A DNA stretch of 63,964 nucleotides, filler included, from Octopus bimaculoides (GCF_001194135.2; 5 parts of 5 records of this genome joined end to end with filler, not necessarily neighbours in it); one strand, 5' to 3'; shown: positions 14,842 through 29,260, counted from the first letter of the whole stretch. Program-made: numbers and translations. Notes: generated by a model not told the origin, from the sequence alone.

Positions 14842-16005
14842 CAATGTTAAATCTCTGAACGAGGTATTAACAGTAACTGCACGATAAAGTGAAGTATATT
14901 TGCCACTTAAATGTGGCTGACCCCGAGGGGTGGATGTTACTGTTGCTTTTAGCCCCAGGAGGACATCTCCTCCAGCTGGCTCTCGACACACATCTGTGTC
15001 CTGTCTGTATTTGCCAAGGGAGGTTATCTTTCCCATCTTGATCTACGATACATACGTACTCGAGTTTTAGGGTTATTTCCCTTGTTCAGCGTACGACAAT
15101 CGCCGACCTTCGATGCAAAAGATATTCCCTGGCAAATATATATAACTTTTTCCAGAGATTTAACGTTGCTTGTTTTCCCTTTTTCGATATCAGTGAATAA
15201 TTTCACGTCTATTGAACCTCATTAAACCGTCTGGAGTCGATCTTTATTTACGTATATCTGATATACTTCCGATATATCACAACCTACGTATGACAATGTT
15301 ATTCAAACTTGTATTTCGTATCACTATAGCAATTTATTAATCTTGTAATATAATTTCGCTCACTATTCTTGAGCCTTAGGGCTCTTAAAGCAAGTTACTC
15401 AGTCTTCATGGCATAGAAGTGGCCGAGACCACAACAATATCCTTCAACGAGACGTCGGTCAGTTGGAGGGTTCAAGGCTAGCAAATTTTAGGCTAGGGTA
15501 CAAGTTGATTATATCGACTCCACGATTTGATTGCTACTTTAGTGTATCGACCCCGAAGGGATGAAAAGCAATGTTGGTCTCAGCGGTGTTTGAATTCAGA
15601 ACGTAAACAGTCGGAAGTAATACCGCTTTGCATTTTCTCCGACGCGGTAACGATTCAGGCAGTTTGCCGCCTTAACTCCCTTTTATGCTGTTGTTATTTC
15701 ACAGTTCGGTTTACGGAGATTTATATTTTTAGCCAGGACGAGTTTTGTCTATTTAACCGTTAATTTCAATATTATTTTAAATAGACGACATTTTTCTGTA
15801 CAAGTTTCGACACATTTCACTTGCGATTAAATTTATAGTTACTCACAGCTTGCAATTTTATTCCTTTAAAATTGTTTTAATTCAGCAATTATATCTGAGT
15901 GTATGCACTTAGTTATCGGGGAACATGTGAAGAGTTAAAGCTGAAAATGGAATTTTTGAAACAACAAAACAATATTCTCAGGAAATAATACATATTCTGT
16001 TTCTA

Positions 16006-16061
<56 letters not shown>

Positions 16062-18009
16062 TTTTTTGTAATTTATTTATTTATTTCCTTCGAACCATAG
16101 AAATGTTATAAATATTCTATACTCTCCATTTATCAACATTTTGACAGTTTCTCCTTAACAAGCTTTCATTCATTGTTACTAATCTTAAATTCAAATAGTT
16201 TGTTTTTGTTTTTGGTTATCCAAGAAAGTATATAATAAAGCAATAGAAAATATAGCTTCCTGTGACATTTTCCCACCAAATGTATTCTTCCTTCAAAATA
16301 TGTTTATCAAGAAAATAAAAACAGAAACGCGATTTACGATATTTAAAAAAAAAATACATAAAACATTTCTTTGACACTTTAGATTGTTACTCTCAACTTA
16401 CGTATATTTGTTTTCGATTAAGGTCAAATTTAAACTCACAAATCTTTAATGAAACAATCATTTTCTTTTTAAGACTGAATGACTTTTGACTTTCATAGAA
16501 TTGTGAAATGAGTTTCAAGACAACAAATTATTTTAACATGTGACGCACCCTGGCGGCCAGATATCGTTAGGAATTCGATCACTTCCCGATCAATTCAGGC
16601 GGGATTAGAAGTTTAATTTTAAATCAGAAAATAATAACGATGCCTAGAACATATAGAATGTATACATTTAGCATTTTTTCTTACAAATTACAATGAACTT
16701 AAAATTTCTAGTTGTAGTAATGTACACCACCATTTCGTCCTTATTTAGAACCGTCAACATAGCATAACCCAAGGCAAAAAATTAAAATCAGTTAAACATT
16801 TTACGAAGCAAGCCAATTCTTACACATAGAAAATAGTCTACAATTTTCAAGGCATTCACGAGATCCGGTTTTTCCTCACCATAGGTCAATAATAGAGAGA
16901 AAACTCTCTTGCATATAGAGTAATATTAACATGGAAATCCGTCATGTGTACAGGATTAAAGCGTGAGTCCAGTCATTTAGAATTTCTAGCAATTCTTAGT
17001 TGATATTGTATCGACAACACAACATTATTCTATTATATCTACTTATATTTACTATTATATTATATCTGTTTACTATATCTACGAAATTACTTGTAGATAT
17101 TCTATTGACATGGCCATATATGAAAAGGAGTTCAAATCCACCAAAGCATTAGTTTTCAGAACTATGTGACGAAATACTTTTTAGAAGCCAACTCTAATGA
17201 ATCTACCATCATTTGCACTAATAAATATTTTATCACACAGCCGAAAGGACTCGGATTTCAGCTGACTGTGTTGACAATTGCACCATGTACAGTATATGAT
17301 TCTTGCTTATGTTATAAACACCTGAATATTTGCTTAATTTTTTACTTTAACATCTAAGGTTTTTCAGTGACGTTAGCTCTTAGAGGGTGATTTTTAACAC
17401 ACCTACTTTCTCACTCTCTCTCTTTCTGTATATATATATANNNNNNNNNNNNNNNNNNNNNNNNNNNNNNNNNNNNNNNNNNNNNNNNNNNNNNNNNNNN
17501 NNNNNNNNNNNNNNNNNNNNNNNNNNNNNNNNNNNNNNNNNNNNNNNNNNNNNNNNNNNNNNNNNNNNNNNNNNNNNNNNNNNNNNNNNNNNNNNNNNNN
17601 NNNNNNNNNNNNNNNNNNNNNNNNNNNNNNNNNNNNNNNNNNNNNATATATGTATGTATGTATGTATATGTATATCCGTATTAAATTAAGAGAAAAAAAT
17701 GGAGTTAGTGCTTAATAACTATTTATTAATAAATTGATATAGTTATTTATATATAGTTTTGCATGTATATCTACATATGTACCTATATGTGTATATATGC
17801 TATTACACTTATTTCATTTTATTCTGTTTTTATTTCTTTATATTATTCTTATTTTACTTTTTATTTTATTTTATCCTATTCTTTATTTTTCTTTATTTTA
17901 TTATATTCAAACTAATCTGTTAACCACAAGCGCATATGAAAATGAAAATTAAACCATTCTGCTGGAATGAACAAATCGATCAAAATGTGATTTTTTAAAT
18001 GTCTAACTT

Positions 18010-18092
18010 TTTCCTGATGATATTTGTCTCAAAATTATAAACGCAAACTCTGTAAATTATTCAATGAGTATAAATGGAAACAGCTGTAGGAA
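18010..18092 (+). ncRNA. Hammerhead-like motif with an extended stem II
   Basis: TTTC-CTGATGA-(56-nt imperfect stem-loop)-GAA-ACAGCTGT-A-GGAA. Confidence 0.4.
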
Positions 18093-18265
18093 TAAATGAT
18101 TATCAAGAGATAATCACCATTTTCTTGTCTTAATTTAATACGGATTATATACTTAATACATACCTATTAAATTAGGGAAAATTTTTTTCCCAAAAATATA
18201 CTGTATAGAACCAGTGTTTTCTTGGGTATAATCATCCCTTTAAAAGATTAATATATCCTCTAATT

Positions 18266-18657
18266 GTGGAGGCGCAATGGCCCAGTGGTTAGGGCAGCGG
18301 ACTCGCGGTCATAGGATCGCGGTTTCGATTCCCAGACCGGGTGTTGTGAGTGTTTATTGAGCGAAAACACCTAATGTTCCACCAGGCTCCTGCAGTGGAT
18401 GGTGGTGAACCCTGCTGTACTCTGTCACCACAACTTTCTCTCACTCTTACTTCCTGTTTCTGTTGTGCCTGTAATTCAAAGGGTCAGCCTTCTCACACTG
18501 TGTCACGCTGAATATCCCTGAGAACTACGTTGAGGGTACACGTGTCTGTGGAGTGCTCAGCCACTTGCACGTTAATTTCACGAGCAGGCTGTTCCGTTGA
18601 TTAGGATCAACTGGAACCTTCGACGTCGTAAGCGACGGAGTGCCAACAAGTGCAACA
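18266..18657 (+). mobile_element. tRNA-derived SINE family A (tRNA-Arg-like head), full length
   Basis: Head GGAGGCGCAATGGCCCAGTGGTTAG...GGTTTCGATTCCC; 13-bp TSD ATATCCTCTAATT at 18253-18265 and 18658-18670. Confidence 0.9.
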
Positions 18658-18817
18658 ATATCCTCTAATTAACTTTTATATATATTTATATATATATATA
18701 CATATATATATACATATATATATATATGTATATGTATATGTATGTATGTATATATATACATATATATATATATATATGTATGTATGTATGTATGTATATA
18801 TATATATATATATATAC

Positions 18818-18884
<67 letters not shown>

Positions 18885-19045
18885 ATATATATGTGTGTGT
18901 GTGTGTGTGTATATATATGTATGTATGTATGTATGTACACATACACACACATATATATATATATATCGGTTAAATAAAATGAGATAACAAACCCAATGCT
19001 GTGTGAAATTTCTTGTACATTTTATGAAGAAGTGTATTTTTATAT

Positions 19046-19607
19046 CTGTTTCAGGGATATAGAAGGTATCCTATCATCAGAGACGATATTAGAGAGTTAA
19101 ATAGAAGTAAATAGTCGAGTTCAATAAAAGAAGTTATTTTGGAAAAGGAGAGATATAAGGAATATAAAAGGAAATATTAGAATAGAAATAAAGATAGATG
19201 TTGGAAGTTAAATTTGCTGTTCCATTATCCAAGGAATGTGTTGTGTAGAATGGGAAAAAAGGCTTCTTGTCCATGGTGTGTAAGTTCCGATGGGAGTTCA
19301 TATTTTAACTATTACAAATGGATAGTTTGCAAGTATTTGTAATAACAAATCATGAACTCCTATCAGAATTCACATACCACGGACAAGAAGCCATTTTACC
19401 CATTCTACACAACACATTCCTTGGATAATGGAACAGCAATTTTAACATGCAACATATATCTTTATTTTCATTCTTATATTTCCCTTTATCTTTCCTATAT
19501 CTCTCCCTTTCCAAACTAGCTTCTTATATCGAACCATACTATTTCCCTCTATTTAACTCTCTCATATCGTCTCTGACGATGGGATATCTTTTATATCCCT
19601 GAAACAG
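19046..19607. repeat. ~560-bp imperfect palindrome (fold-back, probably Penelope pLTR-derived)
   Basis: The arms match as reverse complements from CTGTTTCAGGGATAT inward, including a perfect 39-bp block GCTGTTCC...GAATGGG. Centre near 19325. Confidence 0.85.
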
Positions 19608-19616
19608 CTGTAAGGC
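19569..19616 (+). ncRNA. Minimal type-I hammerhead ribozyme motif
   Basis: Stem I GTCT/AGGC, core CTGACGA, stem II GGGATAT/ATATCCC, GAA, palindromic stem III ACAGCTGT, GUA triplet. T/T mismatch at 10.1/11.1. Confidence 0.6.
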
Positions 19617-19821
19617 TACATTTTTCTTTATAAAATGTCCTAGAAATTTCACACTACCTTGGTTTTGTTGTCATATTGCATGTAACCTATACACGCTCGC
19701 ACATGACCCGCGTTAGACACCTCACCCATACTATCATCGACCCAGGAGTCTAACAGCGCTCCTTCCGTAGCTCTTACAGAGCTTTACCTGTCTTTGGATC
19801 TTCTGAATATTAAAACCACTC

Positions 19822-19876
<55 letters not shown>

Positions 19877-20279
19877 CGTATGAATACACACACGCATGTG
19901 TACATTGGGGGATTTTCGATTGCACTTGAGATCATGGCGCCCCTACATTTCTGAGCCTGCGATCCATATTAGCACTGAATATCTTGCCCTGGTTTATCTC
20001 TATATCATGGCAATAGGATAAGGTCGGAGAGGCGAGGCGCTGTGCAAGCCTTATTGGGTTTAAAATTTTAGGTTATGCAATCGCCGGGAGGTAACTTTTT
20101 GACGCCCAGTTGAGTAGGAAAGCGCGCCGACGAGCATTTTAGCTGCGTGTGAAAGCGTGGGTTAAACCGACCCCGAGTGCAATAACATCATGCAATGGAA
20201 TTGTTGACATTTTGCATGGACAATGGTCAGAGAGTGTATTTCACGGTGACGAGTACACAGCCATCATCGTCATCATATA

Positions 20280-20337
<58 letters not shown>

Positions 20338-20585
20338 CAAACATATGTAGAAAGTTTCCTTTAAGTTAATTAGCTAATTATACTAACTGGTGCTGGTATT
20401 GTGTTGTGTTGGAAAACATTAAATATCGCACAACTGCAATATCCATCACATCGTAATCCGCCGTCCTTTCACCAATGCCTTGTGACTGGAATTCGGTGAA
20501 GAATAGATGCATGCCTGTATACTGGTGTAAAATTAGTGCTCTGTCAGAAAACATAACTTAGTTCACACACACAAACACACACTCA

Positions 20586-20622
<37 letters not shown>

Positions 20623-21586
20623 GGTGGGAGTATGTAAGATATTCTTTTCTATACTAGGCACAAGGCCCGAACTCTTTGGGGAGGGGCCAGTCGATTAGAT
20701 CAATCCCAGTTCGCAACGGGTACTTAATTTGTCGACCCCGAAAGGATGAAAGGCAAAGTCGACCTCGGTGGAATTTGAACTCAGAACGTAAAGACACACG
20801 TAATACCGCTAAGCGTTTGGCCCGGCGTGCTAACGTTTTTGCCAGCTGACCGCCTTAGGTATGTAAAATAGTGTTTAAGCTATTCGTTTACATTCGAACA
20901 TGGAAAGACATACGCTGCGTGTGTTCTACTCTTTCATGACGTCTTTCATAGCCCAATGGTGTGTGCTTTTCAAATACACATTGTCTGTAACGAGAATATT
21001 CTCTCGGGAGACAATTTCTGCATCGTTAAGGCTAATCCGTGGTCTACAACTAGTATTTGATAGTTTTATTTTTGCATGCAATTTTGTGGAAAGTACCCAT
21101 GATTCTATGTCACTAATATCAGACCGATAGGGATTTAAAATAAATGTGTTTAGTCTACCTACGAGGCGCCTTCAAGAAGTATCCGACATTATCTATTCCC
21201 GCTAAAATTAATGATGCGCGGGGGAAATATTTTGTGTGAGAGAGAGATGTCTCATGCGCGAAAATTTGCGAGCCGTTAAGTCACATCAGTTTCCCGGCTG
21301 TTTCACCTTCAGTACAAACGCATACGTAGGAAGGGTGGTGTTATCTGTCACCCAAAGGATTTTGCCCTCGCAGTATTAGTTTTGGAGAGAAAAAAATAAA
21401 AACTTGAATAGTTTTTGAACGCACCTCATATATCGAACCACAGTAAAGATTCATTCCAGCTTACTTCCACTTTGTACCATCTCTTTCTCTTCCTCTTTCT
21501 CATTCTCTCTCTCTCCCCTCTCTCTCTCTCTCTCCCTCTCTCTCCCCCTCTCTCTCTCCCTCCCGCTCTCTCTCACTCTCTCTCTC

Positions 21587-21623
<37 letters not shown>

Positions 21624-21678
21624 TTCTTTTCCTCACACTCTCTCCCTCACCTTTTTCTCCTGCACTATTTTGTTCCAG

Positions 21679-21762
21679 CACTCTCTCTTTCCTCACTCTC
21701 TCTTTCCTCACTCTCTCTTTTCTCACTCTCTCTTTCCTCACTCTCTCTTTTCTCACTCTCTC
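21679..21762. repeat. 15-bp minisatellite CACTCTCTCTTT(C/T)CT, after a (CT)n tract
   Basis: About 5.5 tandem units; the CT-rich tract starts near 21480. Confidence 0.85.
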
Positions 21763-24700
21763 CTTCTCCCAAGACTTGTAAGATATTGGACAGAGCATGT
21801 TCTTCACTCTTTACAGTTCTTACACTTTGGGGTTTTCTTTCAATATATCTAGCTGCGGTTTTTTTAAGATTCTCTTTTGTTTTGTTCTCATCTGTTAGCA
21901 TTTCACGTAAGAATAAAAGGGCGCTGTACATGACTACCAATGATCAGAAATTTTATGATCTTTCTCATGAGAAAGAGAAGTAAAATATTACATATAAATG
22001 TTCTGTGCCCCTTCTTCGTTGCCCTTCGATTTCAAATTCAAACTTCTAATAGCACCATGATGGATCGAGTAGCAATTATCTCCCTTACAATATCTAACGG
22101 CCTTGCATATATTCAATTTATTATTTTCTGATAGAGAAAACCGCGGTAGGCTTCATGCATCTTCATTAGTAAACATTGGTTTCCTCAAATATACTTATAT
22201 AGACATTTTCATTGCTGTGTGATAGTTTTAATCTCCTCCTTCGAAGAGAGGAATATTTACAATATACGCGGTATTTCATGATTCGCTATCTTGTAACTCA
22301 ATTCTTAATATGTAATATATTATCGTCTGCTGCTACGTTCTGAGTTCAAATTTCGCCGAGGTCGACTTCGCCTTTCATCCCTTCGGGATCGATTAAATAG
22401 GTACCAGCAACGCATTGGGGTCGATGTAATCGACTTAATCCCTCCCCACCCCCCGAGTTTGAGGCTTTGTACTTCCAGTAGAAAGAATATGTAATATCTT
22501 ATATAAAGCTACAATCTAGCAGAAACGATAGCACACTGGCCAAAATGCTTAGCAGCATTATCTCTGTCCTTATGTTCTGAGTTCAAATCCCGACGAAATC
22601 GTCTTTATTTTTCACACCTCTCGGGGTCGATACATTGAGTGCTAAATGAACACTGAGGTCATTATAATCGACATACACCTCCCCTAAAGTTGCTGGCCTT
22701 GTGCCAAATTTTGAAGTCAATATGCAAATGTATTGTATCTTTTACTCGTTTTAATCATTGGACTGTGGCCATGCTGGGGCACGGCCTTGTGGGACTTAAT
22801 CGACCAAATTAACATTAGTACTCATTTATGAATCTTGTATTTATTCACTTAGTCTTTTTTTCCCAACGACAGAGCTGCGGGTGTTACTGAGTCGTAAACA
22901 AACCAATACCGGTTGTTAACTAGTAGGGGACAGAGACAAATACAAAAACACTAAAATACATGTCATGTACACATAACCCAGGGCTATGGTAGAAGGCACT
23001 TACCCAATGTGCCGTTCAGTGGAACTGAACAGGTAAACACTCGATTGTGAAGCAGGCTTTTAAAACCCACAACCATTCCTAGGGTTATATGAAATGAATT
23101 TGATCCCAACTCAACTTTATTACCGAGGGGGTTTCTACGGTGCTTATAACGTGTTTTTTTTTGTTTTTTTTTTTAGCATTCACTTCATATCTTTTAATAT
23201 TAATTTGATTTAAGGCGGTGAGTTGGCAGAAACGGTATCGCGCCACGTAAAATCTAAGCAACGTTTCGTCTGCCTTTACGTTCTGAGTTCAAATGCTGCC
23301 GAGGGCGATTTTGACTTTCATCCCTTTGTGGTTGATAAAATAAGCACCAGTTGGGTATTGGAGGTTGATGTAATCGACTTACTCCCTCCTTTGAAATTGC
23401 TGGCCTTGTGCCAATATTTACCAGATTTTTCTGTAGTAATAATTTTAATCTCCCACTTCACTTCTGGTTTACATCGTATGTCTCTTATTGAAGTTCATAA
23501 ATGTAACATAATATTTTTTAGTTTTAATTACACAGTTCTTATTTATTTCTTAGATAATTTTTTGTGTAGCCCCCACTCCCATTTCAAATGTCAGACTTCA
23601 TGCATTCTAGTTTCACTAGATGACGATTATGCATTTTAAACATTCTATTTCAGCGACTAAATGGTTGGTAGTTTATTCCCGAGGATCTGTAACCAATCAG
23701 GTTTATATTTGTTGTTGTCAAAAGTAGACAAAAAAAACACAACGAGATGTGAATGTGACTTCATCAACAAAATCTGTTCTATTGAAAGTGTCTTATACAA
23801 CTGTTTTATTTATGGTATTTTCGATGACTTGCAAGGAAGGGTTATGGTTGCTATCCACTGACAATACCGTGTAGTTATATAGTTATGTACCGTCTTACTT
23901 AACATGTTCGTGTACAGATGGACATGAAAATACAATACGTTGTACAAGTTGTCTGGATAGACTAAATTCTCCTTATAGACAATTTAGGTGTAAACACAAC
24001 ATTAGATCCCCAGATTGTAGAACACACGAGTTTCCTGCGTCATTACACTTCATCAGCTGTGCACACGGATCTGATGTTCATGGCCGCTGGTCGCTCTTAT
24101 ATTAGAATACCGAATGATGTATTTGCTGATGTACAAAGAGCTTTGTGAAGTTGGAATAAATAATTAAAGGCGCACCAAGTAGCTTTGAATGAAATATATC
24201 AGTTCTCTAAGTGGAACCCTTCTCTGTTTATGTATTGCTTCCAAAGCCCAAGAAATTGGCCCGGTGTCTAACGATTTTCATTTATCAAATTATGCAATGC
24301 CTGAATTTCTCTATCTAATAGTTTTCAATAACAATCGTTATTTCATTAAGAAACTTTCGTTACAACAACAACTCACTTTCTGGCAATCTTTCTGCTATTA
24401 CTTTCCAGATGTGCGCTAACCCTGTTGGAGTTCATAGATATTACGTTTAAGGCCTTGTATATTGGTAAACAAGTTATTGCTTTGCATTTTAGGGGTTTCC
24501 TTGTTACTCAGAAATATCATTCGTCTCAATAGTAACTAATCAGGTGTTGATTTTGATCTCTTTCATTGAATGCAGCTTTTTCTATATTGCCGAAATGGAA
24601 AACTTATCAATTATAGAAGCATACCAGGCGCTAGCCAATCACTTTTATTGATGAAATTCACCAAGTATTTTCCTTTATTACTGGACTCGACCGCCATTCA

Positions 24701-25153
24701 AGGTGTGATTAATCCGTCTTTAGTTCAGATATATTATATTCACAACTACATTGTCCAGTTCATTCATCCATTTTTAAGACGCTTCGGCGAAAATTGAAGG
24801 AGATCTGGTTGATAATTCAGCAGGTCACCGACCGAACTGACATCTCCTGCGTTGTGTATTTTATTGCATTTTCCATTCTAATCAAATAAGTACCTTCGCT
24901 TCATTGCAATCAAACGGTGAGGATTTTTTTCTGAAAATTTGTTTCGATTTCTTTTAAGGTTATTGTGACATGCAGTGAGAAATATTTGGCTTCTTTGTTT
25001 TTCTTATTGATCTATTTCCAATATTGTTTGGTATTTGTTTCAAATAAAATATTCTTACGAGAAGAAATTATCGGTTTAGGCTTTGCAGAGTTCCCCAGGT
25101 ATTCCTTCGTATCTAAACTATTCTCGAACTGTTTTGTCATAATATAATATATC

Positions 25154-25566
25154 GCAGCGAGCTGGCAGAAACGTTAGCACGCCGAGCGAAATGCTTAGCG
25201 GTATCTCGTCTGCCACTGCGTTCTGAGTTCAAATTCCGCCGCGGTCGACTTTGCCTTTCATCCTTTCGGGATCGATAAATTAAGTACCAGTTACGTACTG
25301 GGGTCGATATAATCGACTTAATCCGTTTGTCTGTCCTTGTTTGTCCCCTCTGTGTGTAGCCCCTTGTGGGCAGTAAAGAAATAGGTATCTCGTCTACTGC
25401 TACGTCTGAATTCAGATTCTGCAGACGTCGAATTTGCCTTTCATCGTTTCAGGGTCGATTACATAAGTACCAGTTACGCACTGGGGTCGATGTAATTAAT
25501 TTAATCCCTTGTCTGTCCTTGTTTGTACCCTCTATGTTTAGCCCCTTGTGGGCAATAAAGAAATAA
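25154..25566 (+). mobile_element. SINE family C (central GCCTTTCATCCTTTCGGGGTCGATAAA block) with a tandem partial duplication
   Basis: A head plus body at 25154-25380 followed by a headless second body. Other copies at 9406-9614(-), 9655-9790(+), 20643-20856(-), 22327-22490(+), 23214-23420(+), 40838-41040(+), 42800-43000(-), 46770-46960(-), 57505-57660(+). Confidence 0.85.
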
Positions 25567-26084
25567 ATATTTGGTGTGCTTGTTTATCTTGTTTTTTTTT
25601 TCATATCTTTATCATTCTGTTATTCTTTCTACTTTCGTTGAGTAAGATTTAGTGACGCTTGCGGTGAGTAAGGGTCAACCGTTACTCCGGTGCGTAAAGA
25701 TAAACCTTTCTCTCACTGAACAAGAAGAAATCAATATTTCGATGGAAAGAAATGAGTGAGCATATAATTATTATCGAAGGAATACGAAGGAGTGTAACTA
25801 AATAACAGAAAGGCTTTTTGTTCTTTGATATATCATAAAATTAATATATGAGAAAGTTGCATTAGCCTAGATGAAAATAATATTGCTGGAATTCAGCTCA
25901 AGGTCTTTGTTTACGAGGCAACGAGACTGTATATCTGGGGTCGTTGTTTCTGCTAGAAAAACCAAACATATTTAGAGTAGGAATTGATCTCAGCATTTTA
26001 AAATATGGATAAATGACCTTATTTTCAAGATGATTGCAGATTATGTACATTTATGTATCCTATTTGGAGTGAAACCACATGTTT

Positions 26085-26262
26085 AGAAGAAAACAGAAAT
26101 TTTACATTTCGGTCTTCGAGAAAAACTGTAGGGCCTGGTTTCTTCTTCTTCAGAAAAGCGTCCTTGAAAATGCCCCACCCATAGTCTTTCTCCACTCTTG
26201 TGATGAAAACCACATCACTTCCTGGGAAATCGTCCAAGAGTGTCCTCCATATGTTTATAGGT
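26085..26262 (-). mobile_element. Possible second decayed Penelope-like endonuclease fragment
   Basis: DVVFITRVEKDYGWGIFKDAFLKKKKPGPTVFLEDRN loosely resembles PLE C-termini; the similarity is weak. Confidence 0.3.
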
Positions 26263-26554
26263 AATTTTCTTAATAAGCTATCATTCAGTGTTTTGGGGAT
26301 AATTTTGTAAATCGTCTTTCTATTGTTTTCTTATGTAACCCATTAATCTATCCATGTTTTATTTTATAACTCTTACTTTATAACATTTTCGTTTATTTCT
26401 GATTTCCTTTCATGCTTTTCTGCTTTCCGTTGTTGTTTTATGAGTGATGTTTAGGTTTTCTTCATTTTTGTTGTTAGCATTGTTGTAAAAATGGCTGTTG
26501 TATTATTTATTTTATGTTTTGCTTTTTATTGCTCTTGTTATTTCGCGAGACAAT

Positions 26555-26889
26555 AGACTGTTTTACAGCAAACTGGTGGAAGGCAAGTGCAGGGGAGGCG
26601 GATAGAAAAAGCGCTTCAAGGACACACTCGAAGTCTCAATAAAGATCTTTGAGATCAATCTGGACACTTAGGAAACGCAAACACAAGAATGCCGCTTCTA
26701 TCGTCAATCCACCAACAGAGGAATCACCTACGAACAGAACATGATTATAGATGTACAAAGAAAAGGCGTACTACGCAAGTATAGAGCCAACTCCTTGCCT
26801 TCAGCCCTAACAAACCACCAGTGCCCGACCAGCAGTAAAGCCTATCTAACAGACACTAGACTGTTTGGGCACAACCGGACACACTGTGA
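26555..26889 (+). mobile_element. RTE-clade LINE 3' fragment (decayed)
   Basis: RLFYSKLVEGKCRGGG*KKRFKDTLEVSIKIFEINLDT*...HQCPT...GLFGHNRTHC, matching RTE LFYGEL..GKR..GGQ.KRFKD.LK and the terminal C2H2 motif. In-frame stops. Confidence 0.75.
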
Positions 26890-28422
26890 CCCGTCCTCTT
26901 TTCCTATGGGATGCCCTTGGTCATCGTCGACAACGACGGACGACCTATTTGTTGTTTCGCTACTAGTACTGGTGTAAGTATTTTGTGAGATTTTATGTTC
27001 TTTGCTCCAACTTTCGTAGGGGGTAAGGTTGGTTGGGCGTACACTGGGGCTATGGCATTTTGCTTTCTTTGGGGCAAGGGCCCTCAGGTAAATATTTACC
27101 ATTCTCTGGGTTCATTTCTCCTTCCATCAGTTGCCTACGAGTCGTTGACGACAGACTCGATTAAATGTGCGTGCGCATTTTTCGTCTTGATTTTCTGTTG
27201 TCATTGTTGCTGTTCTTCATTTTGTTCATACAGTTCTTCATGTGGTAGAAGTGGTTTCAGCAGTAAAGGAAGCTTTTTGTGCGTAAGCTAATAAAATATT
27301 TCTTCTCATGAAATGGTATTTTCCCCACCACAGCATGGAAAGATTGGAGGCTATCATCACAGAATTACTCACCGAACTACATCTGAACAAAAAGTTGACT
27401 AACTGCGTAAACATGTTCTTGTTTATATGGTATCCAGCTCGCGATCGTAAGGTCGTCAGTTCGATTTCCAGCGGCGCGTTGTGTTCTTTATTTCGCTTTA
27501 TTTCACTCCACTCAACGAACAAAAATGAGTTGTACCTGTAATTCAATGGCACAGTCTTGTCTAATTCGAAGTTGCATGCTGAATCTTCCTCAGAACTGCA
27601 TTATGGGTACCTTGTCTGTGTAGTGATCAACCAATTGCGCGTTGATTCTACGAGTAGTTGGTTTTGTTGATCGGATCAACAGGAACATTGTCGTCGTAAT
27701 CAACAGAGATCCGGGCCATACGTACATCTTAGTCTTGTTACGCAGCTATGTTCAGGGGTAGAATTCTAGGGTGGAACATCTTACAAACACATTAGGTTCT
27801 TGTTCGATTTACGAAAAAGCTAATTTTAATCAAAATCCCCTTTATTTCATACCCTACAGCCTGTAAAATTTCAGCAACCCATTCGATAAATGCGTAACCT
27901 GTGGTAAACTTCCAGAGGAAAGAAAAACTGATCCTGCTTACGTCACCCTTGACAATATGTCTATCGAGTCATGATTCACCTAAGGTTACAAATAACTACA
28001 ACAACCAATCGCTACAACCCTATACGTTGAAAATGAACAGTACGCGAGTGTTTTATTCATTATTAACCATAGACATAAAATTTAATATAACAAGTGTTTT
28101 TTTCTCTTTCTTTTTATGTCTTTGCATTTTTCATTATCATTTTATTTCTCCATAATCTTTATTAATATTCTCAAAGAAAGAAATATTGACAATTTCCAAA
28201 TACAAGTATAATGACCATTAATTATTATTTTTTCACTGTCTCTCATTATCAGTTTCGAAAATTAACGCAAGACCAATTCATTTTATAACAAATTGCACTA
28301 TAATTAATTGTCTCAACAAGGAAGAGAGTTTTTGTTTTGTTTTTTTGATCACTTTTACCACAACACTGTATTTAACTGAATGTTATTGCTGATGATGATG
28401 ATTATTATTATTATTATTATTA

Positions 28423-28941
28423 TTGAGTGAGAGAGCAGTTCATGCCATGAAAGTGATACTGGGGTACAAATATACGAAGCCCAGCATACCCACCATGACT
28501 ACGCGTCTGATAAGGGTTCACCAGGTACATGCACCACAACCATATGTATGCGGCATGGTGACCTCATATCAAGATAAACAGCGCATGACCTCGCAGGTGG
28601 GGGTCCAGTTAGAATTTTTGTTCAGGTCGAGTAGCCCATCCCGCTCAAAAGGTCCTTGAATAAGGCTTGTTTAAGGATGTTGAACGAATCACCCACGTTT
28701 CCAGAAGTGAATTACCCAAACCCCAAAGAATTCCTCTCAACACATGATGCTCCACCCTCCACTACTTCTGCTCATGATCAGAGATGCACATATCGTCAGC
28801 CACCAAAGGACATGCTCAACTGGTGAAGGTCAAACAAGTGATAAGCAAATCTGTGGTATTTAACAGAATATTTGCTGGTAACACTTCTAATCCGTTAAGA
28901 TAAGAAGCCATGAAAGCCACTGCCTGGTACTGCATCAGGCC
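28423..28941 (+). mobile_element. Repeat family E copy between (ATT)n tracts
   Basis: Reverse complement of 46175-46735 with small deletions. Confidence 0.85.
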
Positions 28942-29044
28942 ATTACTATTATTATTATCATTATTTTTGTTATTGTTATTGTTATTGTTATTGTTATTGT
29001 TATTATTATTGTTATTATTATTATTATTATTATTGTTATTATTA

Positions 29045-29105
<61 letters not shown>

Positions 29106-29260
29106 AAGAAGAGTGCCATTTGTAATCTGGTGAACGATATTTCGACATCTCGTGTGTCTTCAACTGGTTCAAAAAATAAATTTTTTCAATCCACTTCATT
29201 TTGGTTAATATAGAAANNNNNNNNNNNNNNNNNNNNNNNNNNNNNNNNNNNNNNNNNNNN

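Noticed and set aside
18268-18345. tRNA genes (for example a tRNA-Arg-like sequence here, and heads at 33927, 47520-47590, 51513)
   Set aside because: Each continues into a shared SINE body and lacks a full acceptor stem, so they are SINE heads rather than tRNAs.
24022-24064. Hammerhead-like motif on - (also relics near 181-235 and 14361-14402)
   Set aside because: The cleavage triplet or core is broken (G at position 17, missing CTGA, or GGAAT for GAAAC); counted only as decayed relics.
28423-28659. Recurrent ORF MSERAVHA... (also 46544-46732)
   Set aside because: It comes from repeat family E; stop positions differ between copies and no domain is recognisable.
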